Notes: a model not told the origin generated them from the sequence alone. DNA of 64,000 nt from Parcubacteria bacterium C7867-004 (GCA_001189075.1 LFCN01000006.1:386041-450040); one strand, 5' to 3'. Positions 1-9,979 are shown, counted from the stretch's first letter. Numbers and translations: made by a program.

Positions 1-361
1 CGAGGAGATCCTAAAGGTCCTCGATATTCCGTATCACGTCGTCGTGAACTGTGGTGGCGACCTCGGCCTGGGTCAGGTGAAGAAGTACGACATCGAAGCC
101 TGGATGCCGGGCGAGAATAAATATCGTGAGACGCACTCCTCCTCCTATTTCCATGATTTCCAGACACGCCGTCTAAACATCCGCTACCGTGATGAGGATG
201 GCACGTTGAAGTTCGCACACTCGCTCAACAACACCGCTCTCGCGATGCCGCGTTTCCTTGCTGTGCTTGTCGAGAACTATCAGCAGGAGGACGGCACCAT
301 ACGCGTCCCGGACGCACTCATCCCGTATGTCGGAAAGGAAATCCTGGGACATACAGCCTAG
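1..361 (+). CDS. serS: Seryl-tRNA synthetase, C-terminal part (truncated by window edge)
   Basis: KKYDIEAWMP, YRETHSSS, DFQTRRLNIRY, HSLNNTALA, ENYQQEDG are class II SerRS motifs. Confidence 0.96.
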   Translation, partial: EEILKVLDIPYHVVVNCGGDLGLGQVKKYDIEAWMPGENKYRETHSSSYFHDFQTRRLNIRYRDEDGTLKFAHSLNNTALAMPRFLAVLVENYQQEDGTIRVPDALIPYVGKEILGHTA

Positions 362-422
362 AGCCAAGGCGAAGTCCTCGCCAACTCCAGCAAAGTCGAG
401 AAGCGCGAGCGCTCCGCGGTCG

Positions 423-1355
423 ATGAATGAGGTGAAGCCGCGTGCACGTGCTGTTGCACATGTACCCAAAGCCCGAGAGCAGGTCTCTGTCGCGCGGGTG
501 AGCGCGTCGAGCAAGAAGAACGTTACGATCTCCCGCGGAACGAAAGCCAAGCCGGAGAAGCGAGCGCCGCTCAAGAAAGTCCGCAAGGAGCGGAAGAAAG
601 CGATGCTCATATTTTTTGGCATACTCTCGGCGATTCTTATCCTGATCGGATTCTACGTCGTCTGGCTTCCCACACTCAGGATCAACGAGGTCGAGGCGAG
701 CGGACTCCATGCGGAAGAGGTGCGGGGCGTTGCGTTGCGTGCTACCTACGGAACCCATCTCTTCATCATCCCGAGGAACTCGATATTTTTCATACCGGAG
801 AGCGATATCCGCAAGGCGGTACTTGGCGCGTTCCCTGACATAGAAGCGATCTCGCTCTCGGCGAGCAACCTGAATACGCTCACGCTCACAAGTACGCCGC
901 GTGCGCTGGTGTTCGAGTGGTGCGGGACGTCGATCGAAGCGGCTTCGATCTGCTACTCCGCGAATGCGGAAGGCCTAGTCTTCGCGGAAGTCCCGCAAGG
1001 AGCTGCTACGACGTCGGTCCTTAAAGTGTATGGACCGCTTGATCGAGAGATAGGAGACTCGCCACTGCGTGCTCGCGTTTCGGTAGCGAATCGTCTTCCT
1101 GAAGTATTGCGCATGATACGCGCGGTTGAGACCCTCGGATCGGATGTAACGGCGCTCGCTATTCGCGAAGACGAAGCCGATCTCTATCTTCTTTCCGGAA
1201 CACGCGTGACGTATGTGATAGGGCGAGAAGAGCAGGCGGCAGGTCTTGCGGCGAGCGTATTCCCGCAGCTGAACTTGAATGACGGGTCAGTACTGTATGT
1301 CGATCTCCGATTCGACGGGAAGGTTTATTATCGAAAATCTCAGTCGCCGGAGTAA
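423..1355 (+). CDS. FtsQ/DivIB-like membrane protein (start uncertain)
   Basis: Basic N-tail, single TM helix, POTRA-like segment (LRINEVEASG...FPDIEAISL), C-terminal YVDLRFDGKVYY typical of FtsQ. Confidence 0.65.
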   Translation: MNEVKPRARAVAHVPKAREQVSVARVSASSKKNVTISRGTKAKPEKRAPLKKVRKERKKAMLIFFGILSAILILIGFYVVWLPTLRINEVEASGLHAEEVRGVALRATYGTHLFIIPRNSIFFIPESDIRKAVLGAFPDIEAISLSASNLNTLTLTSTPRALVFEWCGTSIEAASICYSANAEGLVFAEVPQGAATTSVLKVYGPLDREIGDSPLRARVSVANRLPEVLRMIRAVETLGSDVTALAIREDEADLYLLSGTRVTYVIGREEQAAGLAASVFPQLNLNDGSVLYVDLRFDGKVYYRKSQSPE

Positions 1356-1368
1356 ATAAAACAGCGCT

Positions 1369-1833
1369 TCAGGCAGAGACCTTAAAGCGCTGTAACAAAC
1401 GGGTGGTTGGCGGACCGAGGCACTTCAATCGACGGAGCATGCTCAGTTGCGCGACGTTGAAGTCGGAACGTGAGTGAACCTCGGCATAGGGAAGTATGTG
1501 AGTAATCTCACCTTCTTCACCGGTGGGCTTCAGGTGCCGCTCGATGACGTCAGCATCAAAGTGCGCTTCCCAGTAGTAGATGTCGTACTTGTTCCTTTTG
1601 CCTTGTCTGCTTGGTCGCGTAGTACGGAGCTTGAAGTCACCGCGGTTTCCCGGAAGTCCGGTCTCTTCGGCAAGCTCACGCTTTGCGGTGCATAAAGGCG
1701 TTCGGTCCTTTTCAATATCCCTCTTACCGCCAGGCAGATGCAAGATCGAGTTTTGCTCGACGGTAAGGATACCCTTTTGTGTCCGGACGATGACGCGGGC
1801 CGTCCAGTCATCCAAACGATTAAGTCTGGGCAC
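1369..1833 (-). CDS. NUDIX hydrolase
   Basis: Nudix box LPGGKRD...AKRELAEETGL; strong SD AAGGAGGT before GTG. Confidence 0.85.
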   Translation of the reverse strand: MPRLNRLDDWTARVIVRTQKGILTVEQNSILHLPGGKRDIEKDRTPLCTAKRELAEETGLPGNRGDFKLRTTRPSRQGKRNKYDIYYWEAHFDADVIERHLKPTGEEGEITHILPYAEVHSRSDFNVAQLSMLRRLKCLGPPTTRLLQRFKVSA

Positions 1834-1942
1834 GCGACACCTCCTTTCCTTTTGGCGTAACGTTCGTTACGTGACACCCGTTCGCACTTTACTCGACGCG
1901 TCCCGCATTGTCGAACCAGACCCCTGCGGGTAGGATGACGCG

Positions 1943-2932
1943 ATGGATTCCTTCTGGAAAACACTCAAGAAACCGATATTTGCGCTCGCCCCGATGGCGG
2001 ACGTAACTGACCCCGCGTATCGCTCCCTCATAGCGGAATACGGGAAGCCGGACGTAACCTGGACCGAGTTTGTCTCGGCAGACGGCCTATACCATACGCG
2101 CGAGAAGAAAGGTCTATCCGATGCTGAGAATCCCCTTATGCGGGATCTCCTATATTCGGAGGCCGAGCGCCCGATAGTGGCACAGCTTTTTTCGAGTAAT
2201 CCCGAGATGATGGCGTACGCGTCCGAGCTTTGTGCGCGTCTGGGGTTCGACGGTATCGACATCAATATGGGCTGCCCGGATAAGTCCATCGAGAAACAGG
2301 GATGCGGCGCAGGCATGATAAAGACGCCGGAAGTCGCCAAGGCGATTATTCGTGCTGCCCGGGAAGGAGCGGCACGAGGAAAAGAGGGCGGATTGCCGGT
2401 CTCGGTTAAGACGCGCATCGGCTACAACCAGGAGACGATGGACGAGTGGCTCCCGCAGATCCTTTCGGAGAAGCCGGACGCACTCACGCTGCACCTGCGC
2501 ACCCGGAAAGAGATGTCGAAGGTGCCAGCACACTGGGACCTCATGCCTCGTGCGGTAGCCCTCAGGGATGAACACAGTCCTGAGACTGTTCTCCTTGGGA
2601 ATGGGGACATAATTGATCTTGCAGACGCACGCGCAAAGATTGCTGCGAGCGGATGCGACGGCGTAATGCTTGGTCGTGCAATATTCGGGAATCCGTGGCT
2701 GTTCACCGATCGCACGATGGAAGACGTCTCTCCGAAGGAACGGATCGAAGCACTCGCGCAGCTTGCTGAGCGATTCAGCGCACTTACACCCGCAAAGCAT
2801 TTCCATATCCTGAAGAAGCACTTCAAGGCTTTCATACAGGGCTGGCCGGGGGCAGCTGAGCTCCGTGGGAAGCTCATGGTAACGAATTCGCTCGAAGAGC
2901 TGCGAGAGATACTGTCCACATACAGGGTCTAA
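1943..2932 (+). CDS. dus: tRNA-dihydrouridine synthase
   Basis: LAPMADVTD, DINMGCP, SVKTRIG, GNGDI, GVMLGRA motifs. Confidence 0.93.
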   Translation: MDSFWKTLKKPIFALAPMADVTDPAYRSLIAEYGKPDVTWTEFVSADGLYHTREKKGLSDAENPLMRDLLYSEAERPIVAQLFSSNPEMMAYASELCARLGFDGIDINMGCPDKSIEKQGCGAGMIKTPEVAKAIIRAAREGAARGKEGGLPVSVKTRIGYNQETMDEWLPQILSEKPDALTLHLRTRKEMSKVPAHWDLMPRAVALRDEHSPETVLLGNGDIIDLADARAKIAASGCDGVMLGRAIFGNPWLFTDRTMEDVSPKERIEALAQLAERFSALTPAKHFHILKKHFKAFIQGWPGAAELRGKLMVTNSLEELREILSTYRV

Positions 2933-2946
2933 GTTATACTGTCCGC

Positions 2947-3975
2947 ATGGCACATCAGTCGCTCTACCGGCAGTATCGTCCCGCCTCTTTCAAGGACGTC
3001 ATCGGACAAGATCAGGTGGTGAAGCCGCTCGAGGAGCAAATAGCGAATGGGAAAGTCGCGCATGCGTACCTGTTCGCGGGCTCACGCGGATTGGGGAAGA
3101 CAAGCATCGCGCGCATCTTCGCTCGCGAGCTCGGCACGAACGAGCGCGACATCTATGAGATCGACGCCGCTTCGAACAACAGTGTCGAAGACATCCGTTC
3201 GCTCGCCGAGCAGATCTATACGTTGCCGTTCACTTCGACCCACAAGGTCTATATCCTCGACGAGGCGCACATGCTCTCCAAGAGCGCTTGGAACGCGTTC
3301 CTGAAGACGCTCGAGGAGCCGCCGGCCCACGCGATATTCATACTTGCGACTACCGAACTCGATAAGGTGCCGGAAACGGTACAGTCCCGCTGCCAGGTGT
3401 TCCAGCTTAAGAAACCGGCGCGCGCCGTACTTGCGAAGTTGATCATTGAGGTCGGAAAGAAGGAGACCTATGACGTCGAACCGGCAGCGGCAGATCTTAT
3501 AGCTATGCTTGGCGACGGTTCGTATCGCGATGCGCTCTCGGTGCTCGAGAAAGCGCTGGCGTCCGCGACAGGAAAAAAACTAACGCGCGAAACAGCCGAG
3601 CACGCCACCGGCGCGCCAAAGCACGCGCTTGTGCATGCGCTCGCGCTCGCGCTGTCGTCCGGTGACACCGCTACTGCCCTCGCGACCATACGACGCGTAT
3701 CAGAAGAGGGAATCGATATGCAGCTCTACTTAACGCTCGTGCTTGAGTATCTGCGGCAGATTCTCCTCCTTCGTCATGCGCCGGAGTTGCGTGCAGAGCT
3801 CGCGGAAGAGCTCGGCGAAGATAGCTCTAAGGAAGCGAACGAGCTTGCAGCTGACAGGGAATCAAAGCTCGATTACGGTACGCTCAAAGTGTTTCTTGAT
3901 GCCGCATCACGCATCCGGTTTGCTCCCATCCCTGCTCTACCGCTCGAGCTCGCGGTACTCGAGCTTTCGAAGTAA
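2947..3975 (+). CDS. dnaX: DNA polymerase III subunit gamma/tau (short form)
   Basis: LYRQYRP, GSRGLGKTS, EIDAASNN, ILDEAHML, LKTLEEPP, SRCQ. Confidence 0.95.
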   Translation: MAHQSLYRQYRPASFKDVIGQDQVVKPLEEQIANGKVAHAYLFAGSRGLGKTSIARIFARELGTNERDIYEIDAASNNSVEDIRSLAEQIYTLPFTSTHKVYILDEAHMLSKSAWNAFLKTLEEPPAHAIFILATTELDKVPETVQSRCQVFQLKKPARAVLAKLIIEVGKKETYDVEPAAADLIAMLGDGSYRDALSVLEKALASATGKKLTRETAEHATGAPKHALVHALALALSSGDTATALATIRRVSEEGIDMQLYLTLVLEYLRQILLLRHAPELRAELAEELGEDSSKEANELAADRESKLDYGTLKVFLDAASRIRFAPIPALPLELAVLELSK

Positions 3976-4836
3976 ATGGCATCCTTTTCCCACAACACGC
4001 GGGAATCAGTCGTGTCGCTCATCGTGCTTGTGGTTGTTGGTGCCGGTAGCTATGCCTATTACAGCACTGTTATACATCCGCAGCCGTGCACGAGCGTAAA
4101 GACGTACACCATAGGGACATTCGATGCGAAGTTCGGCTTGAGTAAGGCGGACTTCATGGATGCGATCAATGACGCTGCGGCGGTATGGAATACTGCCGCG
4201 GGCAAGTCAGTGCTTGCGTATGACGAGCAGGGTACCATTCCTGTCAGTCTCGCCTATGACGAGCGACAGCAATCGGTCGAGCTTCGCGAATCGATCGACG
4301 CCGAGCAGGAGACGTACGAGTCGAAGGCGGCACGGGTGGATGCACGTAAGAAGGAACTCGATAAAGATCGTGAGGCATACGAGGTCTTGAAAGCGTCTAT
4401 AGAAGCGAGGAGCAAGAACGCCAACACCCTTACACCTGACGAGCGCGCAGAGCTTAATGCGGACATACGGTTGTTGAATACCATGGTCGGGAGGCTGAAC
4501 AATAATTCAGCGGAACTCAATGTGCAGATAAAGGCGCTGAACGCGCTTGCGGCAAATACGAATGAGAAGGTGAGCGCGTATAACAGCGTGAATGCCGGTA
4601 CGGATTTCGACCAGGGGCGGTATGTGCGGGATGGGGAGGGAGAGCGTATAACGATCTACGAATTCGAGAGCAAGAACGAGCTGACTCGCGCGCTCGCGCA
4701 TGAATTCGGGCATGCGCTCGGTCTGGATCATAACGAAGATCCTGCCTCGATAATGTATCCATACAACAAGGCAGGAAGCCTGACGCTGAGCGAGAATGAC
4801 TGGAACGCATTCATGGCTATCTGCAAGCTTAAGTAG
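3976..4836 (+). CDS. Matrixin-like (metzincin) metalloprotease with coiled-coil insert
   Basis: HEFGHALGLDH zinc motif plus SIMYP Met-turn; N-terminal TM anchor. Confidence 0.88.
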   Translation: MASFSHNTRESVVSLIVLVVVGAGSYAYYSTVIHPQPCTSVKTYTIGTFDAKFGLSKADFMDAINDAAAVWNTAAGKSVLAYDEQGTIPVSLAYDERQQSVELRESIDAEQETYESKAARVDARKKELDKDREAYEVLKASIEARSKNANTLTPDERAELNADIRLLNTMVGRLNNNSAELNVQIKALNALAANTNEKVSAYNSVNAGTDFDQGRYVRDGEGERITIYEFESKNELTRALAHEFGHALGLDHNEDPASIMYPYNKAGSLTLSENDWNAFMAICKLK

Positions 4837-4884
4837 AGTGCTTGTCCTCGACTCTCCATCGGATTAGAGTGAGGAAGTTCCAAT

Positions 4885-4955
4885 TGGGAGATCGTCTAAT
4901 GGTAGGACAGGGGCCTTTGAAGCCCTCAATCTAGGTTCGATCCCTAGTCTCCCAG
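4885..4955 (+). tRNA. tRNA-Gln(UUG)
   Basis: TGGGAGA/TCTCCCA acceptor stem, GGGGC-CTTTGAA-GCCCT anticodon arm, GGTTCGATCCC T-arm; no encoded CCA. Confidence 0.95.
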
Positions 4956-5014
4956 CAGCTATCCAGTTAGTAGTTTGAGACCGTGCGCCAAGAACTGCTA
5001 TAGTGTGATGGTCT

Positions 5015-7063
5015 ATGGCTGACGCAAATCTCCTGGCCGCTATTACCGAAAAGCGCAAACAAGGCGCTACCGATGATCAGATCGTTGATCTCCTTAAGCA
5101 GCAGTGGACGTCTGGCGACATACGCGGCGCGCTCGCGCTCGAGGCGCTCGGAGAGATCGGCAAAAAGCGTGGCGACTATCGTCTCGTAACCGAAGTCGAG
5201 GGAATAACCGTACCGGTGAAAACCGTATCTGGTTCCTTGAGCGCACCTTTTATCGCGCTCGTAACTGTTCTCGTAGTAGTTGCGGCAGGCGCATATGCGT
5301 ATCTGGGTCCTGAAAACATCGGCAACGGCCTCCTCGGAATTGGGAAGACCGTAAAGGAGGTGCCGCTGATTACCGGGGAGCTTACCGATACAGAGCGTGC
5401 TTATACGCATACCTATACGTTTGCGAGCAGTGCCCCTGCGCAGTACTCAAATCCTTCTGCGCCGCGAGCGTCCTCGGGTGGCAGTACGAAGCCCGCGACG
5501 ACTCCCGCCGCTCCCTCGACTCCTGTTTCTCCTACCAAGCCTGCCGAAAGCCCGGCTACGGTTGCGGTTACGCCAAAACCGAGCGCTCGGCTCTCACTCA
5601 GTGTAAAGACTATCGCGCCGGGTGCGACAGCGACTCTGAGCTGGAGCTCGAAGAACGCGACGTCTTGCAGCTCGAGCGGATTTGATATTGCCGGAAAGCA
5701 AAGTGGCAGCCTTGTGGTAAGTCCATTGGTGAGCACAACCTTCACTGTTTCTTGTACGGGTGCTGGTGGCACCGATTCTGACTCGACGACTTTAACCGTT
5801 GCTGCAGCAGAAACCCCTACACCAACCCCGACACCCACTCCCACTCCCACTCCCACTCCCACCCCTACACCAACTCCTACCCCTACCCCTACACCTACAC
5901 CTACACCAACCCCGACACCGACACCGACGCCAACTCCTACACCAACCCCTACGCCGGGACCAGGCGGATCAATCTCCATCACCGCACCCGAACTTATGGC
6001 TGCTCTGCAGCGCGCAAGTCCCGGCGATACGATTACGGTATCTGGTGATGTTAGGTTCACTGACGCGTGGCCTGCGATAAACATAGCGGCCCCGGGCGTG
6101 ACGGTGCGTGCAGCGTCAGGAGCCACTCTCAATGGCTGGAAATTTACCGGTAGCGGTATCACCTTCGATCGCTTCAAGATCGAGTCCACCGGTCTTATCG
6201 GAACGAGCGTCGCGTCACCTATCGTCGTCAGTAACGCGGAAGTCACGAGTTCAGCAGGCGCAGTCCCGGGAAACGCTGTCGGTATCATACTTATGGGTAA
6301 GGGACTGACGGTAAAGGACAGCAACTTTCATGATCTGACCGGAGGGATCAGTCTCCAAGCAAATGATCACGTTACGATTAAGAACAACAATTTCCGGGAT
6401 CATTACCGGGATACTATCTCGGGGAGGATGGCCTCTGATTTGATCATAGAGGGGAATCATTTTACCGCCTTCATCGGTCCGGCCGAACACCTTGATGTGG
6501 TCCAGCTTATCGGCGGGATGAACAATGTGAAGATAAGTAAGAACGTCATAGAGCGCGGTACGACGCGATTCGGCGACCCTGGTACGCCAGCGCAAGGATT
6601 CTTCCTCACTGAAGGCAATTATCAGAATATCGATATCCGCGGTAACGCCATGCGCGGGACCGCGTGGCACGGTATCACCATAAGCCGTCCGATCTCGGGG
6701 TACGTAGAGGACAATTTCGTGCAGGGAGACGGAATTCCGTATGGATCGGTCGGGATCATAACGCCGTGGATCAGGCAGGATAACGCGGGTGATGCGTTCG
6801 AGATTCAGAATAATATTGCTACCGCATATAATGGCTGGCCATCAGATTGTTGTGGAAATCAACTTATATCGAATCCCGCAGCAGGAGACCGATCGGCCTT
6901 TGAGGCTTTCCTCAGCTCTCATGGGTTGCATGCTTCCGCTGCGTCTCCTTCCTATGCAGCGGAGGAAGACCCTGCTCAGCAGATGGCTGCGGTGGGTACG
7001 CTATTGCCGCTGCTCGAGATGCTGTATCAGAAGTTGATCGAATTCCTTCGGTCGCTACTATAA
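5015..7063 (+). CDS. Membrane-anchored surface protein: Ig-like domain, Thr-Pro linker, right-handed beta-helix domain
   Basis: TM near aa 80-98; ATLSWSSKNATSC...TFTVSCTGAGG Ig/PKD-like module; (TP)24; N/I/G-rich beta-helix repeats (IKNNNF, IEGNHF, ISKNVI, IRGNAM). Confidence 0.8.
   Translation: MADANLLAAITEKRKQGATDDQIVDLLKQQWTSGDIRGALALEALGEIGKKRGDYRLVTEVEGITVPVKTVSGSLSAPFIALVTVLVVVAAGAYAYLGPENIGNGLLGIGKTVKEVPLITGELTDTERAYTHTYTFASSAPAQYSNPSAPRASSGGSTKPATTPAAPSTPVSPTKPAESPATVAVTPKPSARLSLSVKTIAPGATATLSWSSKNATSCSSSGFDIAGKQSGSLVVSPLVSTTFTVSCTGAGGTDSDSTTLTVAAAETPTPTPTPTPTPTPTPTPTPTPTPTPTPTPTPTPTPTPTPTPTPTPTPGPGGSISITAPELMAALQRASPGDTITVSGDVRFTDAWPAINIAAPGVTVRAASGATLNGWKFTGSGITFDRFKIESTGLIGTSVASPIVVSNAEVTSSAGAVPGNAVGIILMGKGLTVKDSNFHDLTGGISLQANDHVTIKNNNFRDHYRDTISGRMASDLIIEGNHFTAFIGPAEHLDVVQLIGGMNNVKISKNVIERGTTRFGDPGTPAQGFFLTEGNYQNIDIRGNAMRGTAWHGITISRPISGYVEDNFVQGDGIPYGSVGIITPWIRQDNAGDAFEIQNNIATAYNGWPSDCCGNQLISNPAAGDRSAFEAFLSSHGLHASAASPSYAAEEDPAQQMAAVGTLLPLLEMLYQKLIEFLRSLL
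5813..5956 (+). repeat. 24 tandem Thr-Pro codon pairs (ACN CCN)
   Basis: Counted directly from sequence; third codon positions vary. Confidence 0.97.
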
Positions 7064-7078
7064 TCTGTCGCTCAGCAC

Positions 7079-7468
7079 ATGCACAAAGACATACGTTCCT
7101 ATAACGCAGCACAATCGAAGGAAGATACGAAGATCTGCAATCTCCTCATGGCGCAAATAGACCGTGAACTCCCCAATGCCGAAAGCAAGATATGGCACGC
7201 GCATCCGGTGTGGTTTCTTGAAGGGAATCCGATTGTCGGATACAGCAAGCTCAAGGATTCAGTGCGCCTGCTGTTTTGGAGCGGGCAGTCGTTTGATGAA
7301 AAAGATTTGAAGCCAGAGGGGAGCTTTAAGGCGGCTGAGGCTCGGTATACCGAAACAAGCCAGATACGGGAGAAGGATCTGCATCGATGGCTTACAAAAG
7401 CGAAAACGATCCAGTGGGACTACAAGAACATTGTAAAACGTAAGGGCACGCTAGTACGCCTCTCCTAG
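7079..7468 (+). CDS. DUF1801-family protein
   Basis: AESKIWHAHPVWFLEGNPIVGY...VRLLFWSGQSF pattern. Confidence 0.75.
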   Translation: MHKDIRSYNAAQSKEDTKICNLLMAQIDRELPNAESKIWHAHPVWFLEGNPIVGYSKLKDSVRLLFWSGQSFDEKDLKPEGSFKAAEARYTETSQIREKDLHRWLTKAKTIQWDYKNIVKRKGTLVRLS

Positions 7469-7478
7469 CTACCACAAC

Positions 7479-8213
7479 ATGAAAAGATTCAACCCTGCAC
7501 ATTTGTTCCATGCTTTTCCCACGAAGAAACGGTTGTATATAAGTCTGGCGCTACTCGTTAGCAGTATTGCTCTTGGTGGAGCGTATGCGTACCTGCAAAT
7601 GCAGGACTCAGCTCTTCCCAATGATGAGGTCATAGGGTTCTCGAATGCGTCCCTCGAAGCCATTGCCGAGGGTCAGACCATGACGCAGCTGATGCCCGAT
7701 GCGGACGGTCCGATCTCGGTCTATCTATACTCTCCGGACGACGCGGGGGACGGCGGACTGCATTTTCTCAGCATTGAGACCGGCGCCGAGTGCGATTTCA
7801 GAGGACACCTGATTAACGATGCGTACCTTTCTGCTGACTCAAAGAATGCCTACGTATTCAGCTATAGCGGATCAAATGAGTATCTCGACATTATCGATAC
7901 GGCCACCTGTATGCCGGTAGGAGCACGCTTGACCCTGACCGAATCCCCGCAAGCGGTGGTGGATCAGACCGACGCGCTTTCGACTGAAGAACTGAGGTCC
8001 GTCATTGTTGTTGGAGAGAAGCGAATACGAGCGCAGCATGCCTCGAAGGAAGATCGGACGCACCTACTCTTCTTCGAATACGCGATGATAGATGCATATA
8101 CTGGCCGCGTGAGCGACGACCCGACGGTCAATTCCACGTATTACTCGCTGGCCGCGTTGCTCGGGGATTGCTGGGCAACTACCGGGAGGTTGAAGTGTGG
8201 GGAAGACAGCTGA
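7479..8213 (+). CDS. Hypothetical membrane-anchored/exported protein
   Basis: 244-aa ORF with N-terminal TM helix, fills gap between genes. Confidence 0.65.
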   Translation: MKRFNPAHLFHAFPTKKRLYISLALLVSSIALGGAYAYLQMQDSALPNDEVIGFSNASLEAIAEGQTMTQLMPDADGPISVYLYSPDDAGDGGLHFLSIETGAECDFRGHLINDAYLSADSKNAYVFSYSGSNEYLDIIDTATCMPVGARLTLTESPQAVVDQTDALSTEELRSVIVVGEKRIRAQHASKEDRTHLLFFEYAMIDAYTGRVSDDPTVNSTYYSLAALLGDCWATTGRLKCGEDS

Positions 8214-8214
8214 C

Positions 8215-8400
8215 CTATCTCTTGAAGCCTGAATGACCGACATGCCACCTGCGGCAGAACGGGCAGCGGTATGCATGAACCCCGCCGCCAAGACGCCGTA
8301 CTTCGCGCTCGGCATCCCGCTCATTCTTGTGCGTAACCTTGCGCCAGCAGGTCCGATGCCGCACCCAGAAGAAGCGGAAGATTGCTCGCAGAGTTCTCAT
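8215..8400 (-). CDS. Small putative Zn-binding protein
   Basis: C-x2-K...YRCPFCRRWHVGH; TATACT 6 nt upstream of ATG on minus strand. Confidence 0.6.
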   Translation of the reverse strand: MRTLRAIFRFFWVRHRTCWRKVTHKNERDAEREVRRLGGGVHAYRCPFCRRWHVGHSGFKR

Positions 8401-8467
8401 CAGGCAAGTATACGGCTTCGATAGTCTTCATGCTCCGTACAGCAAACTGCTATATACTCCTGCCACG

Positions 8468-9052
8468 ATGCAGTATTTTTTCGATTTCGACCGGACGGTC
8501 TTCGATACCGAAGCATTCAAGAAAGCCTTCAAGAAGCGACCACCCTTTCGCGATCTCCTGCGTCAGTTCCGGCATGTCATTGTTGAGGCGTTCGACCCGT
8601 CGTCAACGCTCTCGAAGCGACGTATCGCAGCGCGTACTCTTGGTACCTATGTAAGTCACCGGCGATTCGGGTTCATGCCCCAGGAGCTCAAAGAATACCT
8701 GTATCCCGATGCTGTAGCGTTCTTCACCGAGCACGGAAAGGATTGCACCATCGTTACCTATGGGGTACGCGCGTTCATAACCGCGAAGGTAGCCAACGCG
8801 CTCACGGATTTCCCGTTGAAGGACATCGTATATACGCACCAAAAGAAGGGCAGGACAATTCGCCGGCTTACCGCAGGCATAGAAGATCCCTGCATATTCG
8901 TTGATGATGCGGTTTTCCAGCTCGTCTCGGTCCGGAGAGCATGTCCGACCGTTTCCGTTATCGAGATACGTCGTGACGGTCGTCCGGGAGACGGCAGGTT
9001 TCCGGTTATAGCTTCGTTTGATGAGCTTCACAGTATTATCGCCTCAAAATGA
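8468..9052 (+). CDS. HAD-superfamily hydrolase
   Basis: FFDFDRTVFD motif I; IFVDD motif IV. Confidence 0.82.
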   Translation: MQYFFDFDRTVFDTEAFKKAFKKRPPFRDLLRQFRHVIVEAFDPSSTLSKRRIAARTLGTYVSHRRFGFMPQELKEYLYPDAVAFFTEHGKDCTIVTYGVRAFITAKVANALTDFPLKDIVYTHQKKGRTIRRLTAGIEDPCIFVDDAVFQLVSVRRACPTVSVIEIRRDGRPGDGRFPVIASFDELHSIIASK

Positions 9053-9936
9053 CTATGAAAACACTTGCTATAGACCTCGCTACCGTACGCGTCTCCGCGA
9101 TCCTCAACACCGCAAGCGGCAGCTGTGACGTTGAGGCTGAGCAGGTCATGAGAGATCTGCTTGCGGACGCGGGCGTTAAGAACGCGACTCTGTGGTGCGG
9201 GGACGCCGGTCACATGGAGCAAGCATTCAAAGAAGCGAAAGCGCTCGCTCCCGATATCCTTATCGTCCTTGGCGGAGACGGCACCATCCGTGCGGGAGCA
9301 GAGGCCTGCTCAAGCGAAGGACCGTACTTGATCCCGCTTCCGGGAGGCACTATGAATATGTTGCCGAAAGCGCTATACGGGGATCGTTCATGGCAAGAGG
9401 CTCTGCGCGAGACGCTCGCCAATCCGTCGGTTAAGTCGGTCTCGGGAGGAACGGTAGGCGGTCGACAGTTCTTCATCGCCGCGATTGCCGGTGCACCGAC
9501 CCTATGGGCGCATGCGCGCGAGGCGCTACGCGAGGGAGACATCGGCGCAGCGATCGAGAAGGGGGTGCACGCATTTCAGAACATGCTCGCTATGACCATC
9601 AGCTACACATTCGGAACAGAACACGCCGGAGAGGCGGCAGCGGTTGCGATTATCTGTCCGCTGATCTCGGAGGTTATGCATGACGAAGAGCGCACGCTCG
9701 AGGCATGCGCCATCAGCGTGGAGAACGCGGGAGAAGTGCTCGGCTTCTGGTCTACTGCGGCATTCGGCGCCTGGAGGGATGATGCGAACGTAACGATTAC
9801 GAAGACACGCTCGATAACGCTTTCAGCTGCAGAACATTTGCCACTTATCCTGGATGGCGAAGCGATGGATCTAGGTGCGGAAGTTACCATCACGTTCGTG
9901 CCGGAGGCATTCAAGGCGCTCGTCCCTGTTTCCTAG
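9049..9936 (+). CDS. Diacylglycerol/lipid kinase family protein
   Basis: LNTASG, LGGDGT, LPGGTMN, LDGE. Confidence 0.88.
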   Translation: MTMKTLAIDLATVRVSAILNTASGSCDVEAEQVMRDLLADAGVKNATLWCGDAGHMEQAFKEAKALAPDILIVLGGDGTIRAGAEACSSEGPYLIPLPGGTMNMLPKALYGDRSWQEALRETLANPSVKSVSGGTVGGRQFFIAAIAGAPTLWAHAREALREGDIGAAIEKGVHAFQNMLAMTISYTFGTEHAGEAAAVAIICPLISEVMHDEERTLEACAISVENAGEVLGFWSTAAFGAWRDDANVTITKTRSITLSAAEHLPLILDGEAMDLGAEVTITFVPEAFKALVPVS

Positions 9937-9979
9937 GAGTTACAGAAACTTCATGCTTATTCGGCTATAATTTGAGCAT

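Noticed and set aside
5813-5956. Tandem repeat as CRISPR array or phase-variation tract
   Set aside because: In-frame 6-nt coding units with variable wobble bases; no spacers and no cas genes.
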